Assembly: GCF_004010195.1 (NCBI RefSeq)
Contig: NC_057756.1
Coordinates: 8,034,676 to 8,098,675 of the forward strand
Reading direction: 5' to 3'
Origin: Chiloscyllium plagiosum
Taxonomy: Eukaryota
DNA: 64,000 bases
Made by a program: the position numbers and the translations under genes. Positions 13,468-24,813 of the stretch are shown one piece after another; position 1 is the stretch's first letter, and each line of letters starts with the position of its first letter. The notes under the pieces are model-generated. The model worked only from the letters and a program-made list of their open reading frames with translations, did not search any database and was not told the origin of the DNA.

Positions 13468-13537
13468 ATGGGATATTTAGTCATCTTTTATATACAGGCT
13501 ATTTACTTCCCTGTGTGTGCGGCTGTTGGAATCACTG
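13468..13537 (+). CDS. Receptor A coding exon 1 (MGYLVIFYIQAIYFPVCAAVGIT + G), N-terminus and TM1 of a GPR139-like class A GPCR
   Basis: ATG at 13468 is followed by 23 codons plus 1 nt and a GTAAGT donor at 13538. The phase-1 join to the acceptor at 17935 gives ...VGITV-NLVAIVIL, with the TM1 Asn in place. TATATAAG lies about 80 nt upstream. Confidence 0.85.
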
Positions 13538-14439
13538 GTAAGTCGTTATTACAACGGTCAATGTTTTGCTGCTGTACTTAATATTATTTCAGACTGTTTT
13601 GTGTTTTTTAATTGTTTGTGGAATCTCCTCAGTTTCTGTCTTTGCAAGAGACTGAAGTACAGCTTTGTTTACACAGAGGTCGATAAACATATGGAATGGG
13701 TGCCAGAGGAAGTGGCTGAGGCAGTTACATTAACAACATTTAAAATGATTTTGAACAAATACATGGGAGAGGAAAGGTTGGGAAGGATATGGGTCAAGTG
13801 CTGGGAAATGGGGTTAGCGTGCATGGACGTTTTGGTCAGCGTGGACCAATTTGGGCCACAGGGCCTGTCTCTGTGCTGGAGGCCTCCGTGACACAATAAC
13901 TGTCTCACATTTGTAATGGTTATTGTTGACCTGATCCTGGAACAGTTATTTACTGGATTATTCTCTGTTCTGGATGTAGTGGAATCAGGTCGTTGTTCCA
14001 AGAGGAGGAACCAGACCATCAAAAGCTGTTGAATCTTCAGACTATAATCTGGCCTCATTCATGACCATTCTTGCCCCCATCTCCATCTTGATTTCATGTT
14101 CTTGTCTTCAGTCAGAGCTGACCTTTATTCTACCATTAACACCTATACTGAACCAATAGTCTTTTTTTCCTTCACTACTCATTTGCTGTTTGTATTGTGA
14201 CAACTTGGATGTCCATTTTTGGGACATTTCATCAGTGTGCACCACAGCTGCTGGAATTATAAATGAGTCTGTGTATCTGTCATCTATAAATGGCAGTGGT
14301 GATGTTGGTGTATCATTTATTGAACAACGGCATCATCGAGCATTGCACTTATTCCTGCCCACACGGGAGGATTTTCCACTCTTCTGAGTTGTCTGTAGAG
14401 GAGACAATCATATATGTCCAACCCATGATGGCAGCAGTG

Positions 14440-14790
14440 TCATAGAATCTCTGCAGAGTAAAAACAGGCCAGTCAGCCCAACAAGTCCACATCGACTTTC
14501 AAAACAGCCTCCATACAGACTTACCCTCCTGCCCTATCCCTGTTACATTGCATTTGCCACGGTTAATCTACCTAATTTACACGTCGCTGAGCACTACGCA
14601 CAATTTAGCATGGCAAATCCACCGAACCTGCATATCTTTACACTGTGGGGGGTAGCCTTGTACCTAGAGGAACCTACTAGACTCGGGGAGAATATGCAAA
14701 CCACACACAGACCATCGCCTGAGGCTGGAATTGAGCCCAGGCCCCTGGTACTGAGACAGCAGTGCTAACCACTGAGCCATCATGCCAACC
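14440..14790 (-). mobile_element. HE1-like SINE, diverged
   Basis: Same layout with many substitutions. Confidence 0.7.
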
Positions 14791-14860
14791 CCAGATTCAA
14801 ACCAAAATTGCTGTGGCCACAACGCAGAGTACAAGCTAATAGACTGTGTACAATCACAGC
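14791..14860 (-). pseudogene. tRNA-His(GTG) pseudogene in the receptor A intron
   Basis: The minus strand reads GCTGTGATTGTA...TACTCTGCGTTGTGGCCACAGCAATTTTGGTTTGAATCTGG, which matches the vertebrate tRNA-His core TACTCTGCGTTGTGGCCGCAGCAA. The D arm is damaged and the 3' acceptor strand is missing. Confidence 0.75.
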
Positions 14861-15131
14861 ATCACGCACAAAAGGGTCGCTGAACAATTGGAGTGTTGAG
14901 TGATGTGTAGAAACATTCTGATATTCACAGAGGCTGTACCTTTGAACAAACTGACGCCAAGAATGTAATTAATGAACACAGAGCTAGTGAACAGATAAAA
15001 ATGCAGCAGATTAACAATGCCTTGAATTTGTACAGAGACAGCAGGAAGCAATTAATGACAGTGCCAAAAAGATATAGTAAGGAGCAACAGTGAAATAGTC
15101 ATGAAAGGGGAGGTTTAAATAAACAAACAGC

Positions 15132-15433
15132 GGGGTGGCACAGTGGCACAGTGGTTAGCACTGCCACCTCACAGCGCCAGAGACCTGGGTTCAATTCCCA
15201 TCTCGGGAAACTGTCTGTGTGGAGTTTGCACATTCTCCCCGTGTCTGCGTGGGTTTCCTCCGGATGCTCCGGTTTCCTCCCAAAGTCCAGAGATGTGCTG
15301 GTTAGGTGAATTGGCCATGCTAAATTGCCCGTAGTGTTAGGTGTGGTGGAATTGTTCAGGATGGGTTGCTCTTTGGAGGGTCAGTATGGACTTGTTGGGC
15401 CGAAGGGCCTGTTTCCACACTGTAAGTAATCTA
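15132..15433 (+). mobile_element. HE1-like SINE
   Basis: GGTGGCACAGTGGTTAGCAC head, GGTTCAATTCC B box, V-domain and tail. Confidence 0.85.
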
Positions 15434-15727
15434 AATTTAAAAAGATGCAAGGCCTGAGAGAGTTCTAACTGTATTACAAATGAGACAGAGTGTTTATCGC
15501 ATGGAAACATCATTTGGGAATTCTGAATTTAAAGTAGCAGTAAATAGATTTGTAGTCTCTGGTCTGAGAAGATTATTTTCTTTAAATGTCAGAAGTTCAC
15601 TTGGAAAATTGAAATACATACTTTATTTCCAGCAGCATTAAGAGTTAGGCTGAGTGCCTTGCAAGACACAATGGAGTTAATTTTCAGAGTATTTACTATG
15701 TTGATTTTTCTGACTTTGGAATTTGCC

Positions 15728-15930
15728 AGCTCAGTTGGCTGGATACCTGGTTTGTGATGCAACGTGATGCAGGCAACATGAGATCAACCCCTGCACTGGC
15801 TGAGGTTACTATGAAGGATTCTTCTTACCTCTCCCTTTGCCTGTGGTGTAAACCACCATCAGTCATCTCCCTCTCATGAGAGAGCAGCCCCATGATCTGT
15901 TTGGACTGTGGTGACGTTACTTTATTTTGA
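15728..15930 (+). mobile_element. Third SINE-like family (partial copies at 18835-18980 + and 60490-60620 -)
   Basis: Shared GCTGAGGTTAC.ATGAAGGA..AAACCAC..CTCTC..GAGAGAGCAGCC, with an A-box-like GCTCAGTTGG head. Confidence 0.55.
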
Positions 15931-16688
15931 CAGGCAGAAACAAAAATCAAATTATTGGGGCCTGTAGTAGTTTGATTTCAGCAGTATACAATTTGGGTCC
16001 AGAAGCACAGTTTCATCTGAGAGGAAAATAAATTTGTTGACTTGTAAAATCTCCAAATTTTGAGTTTGTCAGAGTAGATTTCAGAACTGAAAATGAATCT
16101 GGGATCCCAGAACTGGAAAACAAATCTCCAGACCAACTGTAAAAAGTCACTTTCATAAGAAACTTAAGATTGAAGTCAAACATCGCTGGGATTGAGTATT
16201 GTTAAGGATATTGCAAGGAAATGGATCGAAACATTCTTTTTTGCTGTTTGTTTTGGCATAGAGATGTTTGCTCCTTTCCTGTAATGTTATTGTGATAAAG
16301 AATGCTACAATCTCAACAACAAACTTTCTGTAACTGAGCACCACTAAGAAAAACTGCAGAAATAAATCTTGTGATCTATCAAGTCAGGTTTCCCTTTCAG
16401 ATCTGATATGTACAGTATTGCCATCAGTAAAATCATGGCCAAAAGAAATTGTGACACTTTCAGTATAATTATAATTAAGGGAAAATGCAAAGGTGATAGA
16501 ACGAAAAGTTTTGCAAACTTTAAGAGATTTATTGTCTAAGGGGACTATTTTTCATTATCAGGAGCTGAGTATGCTTTGGTGAGTTTTCTTTAATAAATTA
16601 TGAGATTTTCTACTTTAAAATCCATGTATTTAACAAAAATTTGATTATTTAATTAGTATCTTTAACTTAAATTTAAAAAGTCTGTGAA

Positions 16689-16982
16689 GTGCGGCATGGT
16701 GGCTCAGTGATTACACCTGCTGCCTCACAGCAACAGCGTCCCAGGTTCGATTCCAGCCTCGGGTGACTGTCTGTGTGGAGTTTGCACATTCTCCCCGTGT
16801 CTGTGTGGGGTTCCTCCCTCAGTCCAAAAATGTGCGGGTCAGGTGAATTGGCCATGCTAAATTGCCCATAGTGTTAGGTGCATCATTCAGAGGGAAATGG
16901 GTCTGGGTAGGTTACTCTACAGAGGGTCGGTATGGATTTGTTGGGCCGAAGGGCCTGTTTCCACATTGTAGGGAATCTAATC
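16689..16982 (+). mobile_element. HE1-like SINE
   Basis: Head, V-domain and tail are present. Confidence 0.85.
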
Positions 16983-17599
16983 GGCAAATTGATCAAACAC
17001 TGATGTGTCCAGTAAGGTTTTCTGCCGTCCTAGTCATCTCAATCAAAGTTGGGTTGTATTAGCCTACATTCTCTCAAAAATGGCTGATTCTCAGCCAAAC
17101 TTTCAAACTGAAATGAATCTTCTGTTGCTTAAGTTTGGATACTTTAACAAATCATCTACTCTTGCTTCCAGCAGTTTGACCAGATCTTTTTTCTTGTCTC
17201 CCTGACATTTGCAATCACTGGCTCAGTTTGGGATGCCTATTGCAACACTGAAACCTCAAACTCACTTCTATTTTATCACCTATTTTCTTTTGTTTTGTTT
17301 TTACTCAGGTTCTGGATACTTCATTATCCCAGAGCAACAAAACGTTTGTGATTCCCAAAGTCCCCAAGTCATCTGCAGCATCATTATAGAGTTTAAATAG
17401 ATGTTATATCAGCAGATTCCCATTCTATAAAGGTCATGACCCCTTTTCATGTGGCACTTTCCCTCAACACTTTTAGTGAATCCAGTGCAGACTTGATTCA
17501 ATTTTTCTCCTGATTTGTCAATGAATTATTCATAATTTTTTTTAACATTTCTTTGTGACAAAGAGTGGTACAGGTCAATGAATATCTTTTCACTAAACA

Positions 17600-17815
17600 G
17601 AAAAACCAAGAAATGTGGATGCTGAAAATCAGAAACAAAATCAGAAAGTGCTAGAAAAACTCAGTAGGTCTGGCAGCATCTGTGGAGAGAAAGCAGACTA
17701 ATGTTTCAAGTCTGTTGTGAAGAAGGGTCACTGGACCAAAATGTCATACCGTTTTCTCCCCACAAATTATGCCAGATGTGCTACGTCTTTCCAGCAATTC
17801 CTGATTTTGTTTTTT
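17600..17815. mobile_element. Short fold-back element made of two inverted Penelope-type termini
   Basis: Arms at about 17633-17696 and 17749-17813 are imperfect reverse complements and resemble the TGCTGGAAAA..CAGCAGGTC.GGCAGCATC termini found elsewhere. Confidence 0.55.
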
Positions 17816-17934
17816 GAATATGTTTTCACTATTTGATGAGGCAACAATGCTAAAGGTCTCATGCTTGATCTTGTCAAACTGCTGAATTTATTCCAAATCC
17901 AGACTTGAATTTATTGGCTTTATCTCTTTTCCAG

Positions 17935-18587
17935 TTAACCTGGTTGCAATTGTCATCCTGAGTCAAGGAAGATGTGGTCTCTCTAAATGTATTACTCACT
18001 ATCTGGTGGGAATGGCAATGGCTGATCTCCTGGTTGTTATCTTTGATGTCATATTGAACTGGACTATTCCAATGTATTTTGGAGAAACATTCCTAGCTAT
18101 TACTCCAGTATGTAGCCTCATACTCACCCTAATGTTTGCAACCACTGGTGCCTCTGTTTGGCTCACAGTCGCTTTCACCTTTGATCGATTTCTTGTGCTT
18201 AACGCTCTGACAGTGAGATCTATTTTAGTGACCGGTCGAGTCCGCACCACACTGCGAGGTATCAGCAGTGGAGAAAATCACAAGGACCCAGAGATGGAGA
18301 ACCGGAGAAAATCCATCATTTTACTCTTCAGTTTATCTGCCAATTTCATACTGTTATGGATGATATATGTTGTGTTTAACCTTTATCGGAGAATTGCTCC
18401 TGATCATTATGATTCCTCCTACACAGATACAATATACAGCATTGAATCCATGGGAGAAATGCTGCAGATTCTCAGCACCTGCACCAACACATGTATTTAC
18501 GTGGTAACTCAGACTAAATTCAGAGAGGAACTGAGGAATGCACTGAAATACCCATTCAAATTCATTCTCAAACCAGCTAAATCATAG
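17935..18587 (+). CDS. Receptor A coding exon 2; spliced product 240 aa, lacking ICL2, TM4, ECL2 and most of TM5 (5-TM variant or young pseudogene)
   Basis: A pyrimidine-rich TTTTCCAG acceptor is in frame with ORF 18006-18587. Motifs: GRCGLSKCITHYL, MADLLVV, AFTFDRF, DPEMENRRKSIILL, TCTNTCIY. DRF is joined directly to LVLN, whereas paralog B has 82 residues between them. Confidence 0.85.
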
Positions 18588-20359
18588 ATAAATCTGCAAT
18601 TTCATAAACTGGTATCCAATCCCACTTCACATTCCAACACCGATTCTCCCCATAGTCAGGAAAGTACATTTTCTATTCATGGGACAGAGGCCTATGATCA
18701 TTAATCTGATGATGACATTATGCCAACTCTGAAACTGTACTGCCATGTAACTTTGTCTGCACCATTTCTCTGTCTCTCCCAGTGGTCTCAGTCTCTGATA
18801 AACTGTGCCAATGTATCGTATCAACTCCTGCATCAGCTGAGGTTACCATGAAGGACTGTCTTTCTCCACCTCCCCTCTCACCTGAGGTGTAGTGACCCTC
18901 AGTTTAAACCACTACCCATCATCTCTCTCTTGGGAGAGAGCAGCCCTGTGATCTGGTGGGATGATGGTGATTTCACCTTTATCCAACTCCTGCTGAGAAG
19001 AATTGGACATCCTGACATGTCTCATTCCATAAAATGTGTGTCCCTCCCAGTGTCGGGTAACAAGGTTCCCCTTACGTCAGCATGTTTCCACAGACTGTGT
19101 CTGCGTGTGTGTCTATGTATCCCATGTTCAGGTCTGCCTCTGCACGAGCTGCCCCTGATGTACAGAATGTTTGGCTCCCACTGAGGAGTCAGACAGTGTA
19201 TAAAGTTTCCCTATGAACAGAATATACTCCTCCCAGTGAGGATTCGAACCTGAACTGTGTTCCAAGAACATTTCTTGATGCGTTGGACTCTGTAACTCAA
19301 GGCCTTGTGAACAGTTTGTACTTTGTCCAATGTATAATACACTTAAATGTGACATGTGTATTACACAGTCCTGAATCACGTGTGTATTGAGTGTCCTTGT
19401 GTGGAACATGCTTCTGTCTCAGTGAGGGATGGGGCTTGGCAATGAGAGTTCGACTGACAATATGAGTGTTCGTCAGGGAATATTCACAGACTGGCACATG
19501 TCCTTCACTATATATTTAGTGAAAGCCCTCGAACACTATATAGTCGGTGTGGCCATGATAGGAACATAACCGTACAGGAATAGGAGGAGGCCATTCACCC
19601 CCTTGAGCCTGTTCCACCATTCAATGAGTTCACGACTAATTTGTAGCCTAACTCCATCGACCTGAATTTGACCGTTTGCTGAACAAATATTTCTGTGCCT
19701 CAAATTTGAAATTGACAAATAATCCTAGATCCACAGCTGTTTGTCAAAGGAAGTTCCAAACATCTTCGAACCCTTTGTGTGTGGATGTCCTTCCTAAAAT
19801 CTCACCTGAATGCTCTAACCCTAATCCATAGACTCTATCCAGTTAGATAAGAATCCCCCAATCTGTTAAAATCATTTATCTTCAGCTATCCTGTCTTTTC
19901 TCTTTAATATCTTGAACACTTTGATCAGATCACCCATGAACCCTCGAAACTTCAGAAAAAACTGACTTAATTTGTATAACCTCGCCTCATAGCCTACCTC
20001 TTGGCATCAAGGTATCATGAAGTGTCTCTCCAGGTACAGATCTACATACTACAGCAAGTACTCACATCTACAGTATTTGGCCCTCCTCATGTGGCCTGTG
20101 TTAATGTGCTACTTAGTTACCTCTGTCTGCTGTGTCAGCACTTACCAGTCACCTGTGCGTCTGAAATGGTGCACAGTGGGCAGTTTGTGGTTATGGTCAG
20201 TCGGAGGCTGATACAGTCTGGTATTAGCCATTCAGAACCCCAAACCCCATCTGCCTCTGTCACCAGGCACTGAGCAAACATCGCAGCCATATCCTGAACT
20301 TATCTTCAAATCCAATAAATTACTAGTCTCTCTTCTGAGGGAACATCTCAAAATGTAAG

Positions 20360-21750
20360 ATAAGGAGGGTTCCAGGAGGTTTTAGGAAGTTTACGAAATG
20401 TGGAGTGATTCAGGGGCTGCAGCATATTAGAGCGAAATGAGCATAGTAAAGGCTTGAGTATGTTACAAAGCCAGGGAGGGGAGCAGGGGCTGGAGGAGTT
20501 TACTGAGATAAGGAGGGATGCAGGGGCTGGAGGAGGTTACAGAGATAGGAAGGGGAGCAGCAGCTGGAGGAGGTTACAGAGAGAGGGAAGAGTGTAGGGG
20601 CTGAAAGATGTTACAGAGATGGGGAGAGGACAGGGGCTGGAGAAGGTTGCAGAGATGGGGGGGGTCAAGGGGCTGTAGGAGGTTACAGAGATAGGGAGGA
20701 NNNNNNNNNNNNNNNNNNNNNNNNNNNNNNNNNNNNNNNNNNNNNNNNNNNNNNNNNNNNNNNNNNNNNNNNNNNNNNNNNNNNNNNNNNNNNNNNNNNN
20801 NNNNNNNNNNNNNNNNNNNNNNNNNNNNNNNNNNNNNNNNNNNNNNNNNNNNNNNNNNNNNNNNNNNNNNNNNNNNNNNNNNNNNNNNNNNNNNNNNNNN
20901 NNNNNNNNNNNNNNNNNNNNNNNNNNNNNNNNNNNNNNNNNNNNNNNNNNNNNNNNNNNNNNNNNNNNNNNNNNNNNNNNNNNNNNNNNNNNNNNNNNNN
21001 NNNNNNNNNNNNNNNNNNNNNNNNNNNNNNNNNNNNNNNNNNNNNNNNNNNNNNNNNNNNNNNNNNNNNNNNNNNNNNNNNNNNNNNNNNNNNNNNNNNN
21101 NNNNNNNNNNNNNNNNNNNNNNNNNNNNNNNNNNNNNNNNNNNNNNNNNNNNNNNNNNNNNNNNNNNNNNNNNNNNNNNNNNNNNNNNNNNNNNNNNNNN
21201 NNNNNNNNNNNNNNNNNNNNNNNNNNNNNNNNNNNNNNNNNNNNNNNNNNNNNNNNNNNNNNNNNNNNNNNNNNNNNNNNNNNNNNNNNNNNNNNNNNNN
21301 NNNNNNNNNNNNNNNNNNNNNNNNNNNNNNNNNNNNNNNNNNNNNNNNNNNNNNNNNNNNNNNNNNNNNNNNNNNNNNNNNNNNNNNNNNNNNNNNNNNN
21401 NNNNNNNNNNNNNNNNNNNNNNNNNNNNNNNNNNNNNNNNNNNNNNNNNNNNNNNNNNNNNNNAGATAGGGAGGGTGTAGGGGTTTGAGGGGGTTACTGT
21501 GATAGGGGGGGATGTGGGGCTGGAGGAGGTTACAGGGATAGGGAAGGATGTAGTGGCTGGAGGAGATTACAGAGATCGGGACAGGTGTAGGGGCTTGAGG
21601 AGGTTACAGGGGTAGGTAGGCTTTGGAGGAGGACACAGAATAGGGAGAGGTTTCGGGGCTGGAGGTGGTTACAGGGATAGGGAGGTGTGTAGGTGCTGGA
21701 GGAGGTTCCAGAGATCTGGAGAGATCTAGGGACTGGAGGAGGTTTCTGAG
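20360..21750 (+). repeat. G-rich minisatellite, unit about 32 bp (GGGGCTGGAGGAGGTTACAGAGATAGGGAGG..), spanning an N gap
   Basis: Tandem degenerate units lie on both sides of gap 20701-21463. Confidence 0.85.
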
Positions 21751-22919
21751 ATTGTGAGGGGTGTGGCTGATTGCGAACGTTGTAGGATTAGCAATATGAC
21801 TACTCCATGAAGTGATGTGAAGTGGGAAATGAGGCACTACAGGGAGATATGAGAGTGGGACCTGCTGGACCATCAGACAGAGTTTGGATTCCTAAGTCAC
21901 CCCAAGATTCTGGAAAACCCACAGGGAAATTGATTGAGGGCCACCCTAGAGCAGCACTTATTTCTTCCACATTGGGTGGAGTAAGAATTGAGCTGAATGA
22001 CCCTGGATCTCACAGAGACTGGACAATGGGACGCCATCAGGTTTGGAGATAAGAAAGCAACAGGATGAGAGATGCAGAAAGTGGAGAGGAGACAGCCTTT
22101 AATCACTCTCACATTAATCACATGTAATGACACACATCGGGATTGAGATCACAGGTTAGGCCATTCATAACGCACCCAGACCCACTAGACTGTGAATACA
22201 AACTGCAGGGAACCCCACCCCAACCCCTTAAAATCTTCCTCCCATCAGCTGGGGCTTTGAAAGATCCTGAATGAACATTTGGCACACCGTTCCAGCCTGT
22301 GTTCACTGTGTGGGTGGAAACCTCAGTGAATGCCACAGGCAAGGCCCATGTTTACTCTCCAACATTCCCCTTGCCCCTAAGAAAGTGATGGTCCTCCTCT
22401 TGTCTTGAACCAGCTGCTTTCCCTCCTGGTAAAGGAGACTGTCTCCGTGTGGAATAACATCCAGGATCTGAACCAGCAGTGAAGGTTCCACGACTGAATA
22501 GCCCATTAACTATCTCAGTCTTTTTCCCCAACAAAACACGGGAGCGATCAGATGGAGGTGGGGTTGAAGACAGGAAACATTGACCAGAGAGATGGCATAT
22601 ATTTTCTGGGAGGGTATCCAGTGGATACTAGCCCAAGGTAACTTCAAGTTATGGCAAAATGTGATCACTCTTCCTCTCTCTGCCCCTCTCAATCTCGCCT
22701 CCCATCTTTCCGAAAACCTTCCTCACCAATCCCCAGGGGAAAAGGATGCTGGCTCCCAGTGAAGGCCCTTGGCACCATGCCCCCACACTGTTCACCAGTG
22801 GTGGACCATTCCTGTGCTCACCTGGCACTTCCCTCCCCTCCCCGTGCCCAGCGCTGGGGCGCCCTGCCACATCTCCCAGAGTCTCAAGTTGCACATCTGG
22901 AAACTGCCATTACCCACAA

Positions 22920-23770
22920 AGCATAGAAATAGGAGCAGGATTTGGCCATTCAGCCTGTCGATCCTGCTCTGCCATTCAGTAGGATCATGGCTGCTTCACC
23001 CCCCTCAATAGCCTGCTCCTGCTTTCCCCAAGGGACTTTCGATATCTTTCGGCCCAAGACCTACTTCCAACTCCTTCTTGAAAACATTCAATGTTTTGGC
23101 TGTTTCTGTGGCAGAGTTCTGCAGGCTCACCGCACTCAGGGTGAAGACATTTCTCCTCAGCTCACTCCTAAATGTTCTACCCTATATCCTTGGAGTATCA
23201 CCCCTAGTTCTCCAATCCCCTGCTTTCAGGAACGCCCTTCCAGCCTCTACGATGTGCAGAATGGTTAGTATTTCAAAGGTTTCTGTTAGATTTGCCCTCA
23301 TTCTTCAAAACTCCAGGAAACGTACCCATCACTGATTCAACCTCTCCTCGTACATCAGTCCTTCCATTCACGAATCAGGCTGGGAAAGCTTTGCTGCACT
23401 CCTTCCATCACCAGAACATCCTTCCTCAAACAGGGCGACTCAAACTGCGTACAATACTCCAGGGGTGATCTCACCAATACCCGTGTACAATTACAGCTCC
23501 GTACTCCTGTCCTCCCACTTTGAAGGCCAACGTACCATTTACTTGCTGCACCTGCAATGCTTACTCACAGCAACTGGTGGAGAAGGACACCCAGGCCTTG
23601 TTGCATCTTTCCCTTTTCCAAACTATCATTATTCAGCTAAAATTCTGCTTTCCTGTTTTTTCTCCCAAAATGGATAACCTCACATTGTACTGCATCTGCC
23701 ATGCATGTAACCGCCCACTCAAACTGTTCAATTCACACTGGATTTTCTCTGCATCGTCCCACAGTTCACC
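22920..23770 (-). mobile_element. CR1 LINE 3' portion
   Basis: The tail TAGAAATAGGAGCAGGA..GGCCATTCAGCC and the reverse-complement of the EYCVQF region match other CR1 remnants (19555-20010, 39845-40200, 12650-12900). Confidence 0.65.
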
Positions 23771-24238
23771 CACCCACCTCTCACCAGGCTATGTGCCAAA
23801 TGCAAATTTGGTACCCATAGGGAGGGCCTCAACCAGGACCTTGGGTTCATGTCACATTACAGGTGACCACCATTGCACTATACACACACACACACAGATA
23901 CTCCTGCACACACACACTCTCTCACACACACAGGCACTCCTATACACACATACACTCGGACACACATTACCGCACACAGACACCCACACACACCCTTACA
24001 GACACACACTCACACACTCACACATGCACCCCGTCACAGACTTAAGACACTCTGCACTCACTATACACACACACATATACACTTTCTCACACTCACAACC
24101 CCCAACCCAGACAGATACCCACACACACAGACAGACAAAGGCATTTCTCCTCAGCTCAATCCTAAATGTTCTACACTATATTTTGCACACATATATTTTG
24201 TGGGGTGAATTTGTACTTGCAGGGTTACATTGTACTTT

Positions 24239-24480
24239 GCTCAAAAACTGCATGAATTCATGTAGAACTCTGAGCTCAAAAACTGCATGCATTCGTGTAG
24301 AACTCTGAGCTCAAAAACTGCATGCATTCGTGTAGAACTCTGAGCTCAAAAACTGCATGCATTCGTGTAGAACTCTGAGCTCAAAAACTGCATGCATTCG
24401 TGTAGAACTCTGAGCTCAAAAACTGCATGCATTCGTGTAGAACTCTGAGCTCAAAAACTGCATGAATTTATGTAAAACTC
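24239..24480 (+). repeat. 35-bp tandem array, about 7 copies (GCTCAAAAACTGCATGCATTCGTGTAGAACTCTGA)
   Basis: Units start at 24239, 24274, 24309, 24344, 24379, 24414 and 24449. The five inner units are identical and there are no spacers. Confidence 0.95.
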
Positions 24481-24778
24481 CGTTATCTCACTTTTTAGAT
24501 TAGAATCAATCTAAACATCATGGCACAGACAGAGAACACAGGAGGCCAACACCTTCAACATATTGTCTAGCTATCACCATTGTTAACAGCTAACCCGAGA
24601 ATGTAACTTTTTTAAAAAAAGGTTTTGTGATTTACACATGAAAGAAGTGAAACTATCACTGTATTCCAACAGATGAAAGGCTTAACAGACAATCAATTTT
24701 TCAATATATAATTTCAGTTACATCACACTGTAAATTTTTTCCAAAAATTCTGTGTGTTAGGATTGAGCCCTCCACAAT

Positions 24779-24813
24779 CACCTGATGAAGGAACGTCATT
24801 CTGAAAGCTAGTG
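24779..24813 (+). ncRNA. Minimal type I hammerhead ribozyme motif (AGCT family); sister copy at 49623-49653
   Basis: CAC-CTGATGA-A-stem II-GAAA-GC-TA-GTG, with stem I CAC/GTG. Confidence 0.6.

Noticed and set aside
18006..18008. ORF-track start of the 193-aa receptor
   Set aside because: It is an internal GTG in TM2. The frame extends to the acceptor at 17935 and joins exon 1 at 13468.
18183..18200. Missing TM4-TM5 explained by an intron or long microhomology
   Set aside because: The genomic sequence is contiguous here. The shared GATT word would shift the frame, so no convincing microhomology can be claimed.
19230..19310. tRNA gene suggested by GGTTCGAATCC on the minus strand
   Set aside because: Only a T-arm/B-box word is present, and no convincing cloverleaf could be built.
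21900..22900. GC-richer segment with many short ORFs
   Set aside because: It may be a decayed L1/Tx1 C-terminus, but no motif is clear enough to call.
23520..24308. His/Thr-rich 262-aa ORF
   Set aside because: It is a translation of a CA microsatellite and flanking TE sequence.
24239..24480. 35-bp repeats as a CRISPR array
   Set aside because: The units are head-to-tail with no unique spacers, there are no cas genes, and the context is a vertebrate retroelement.
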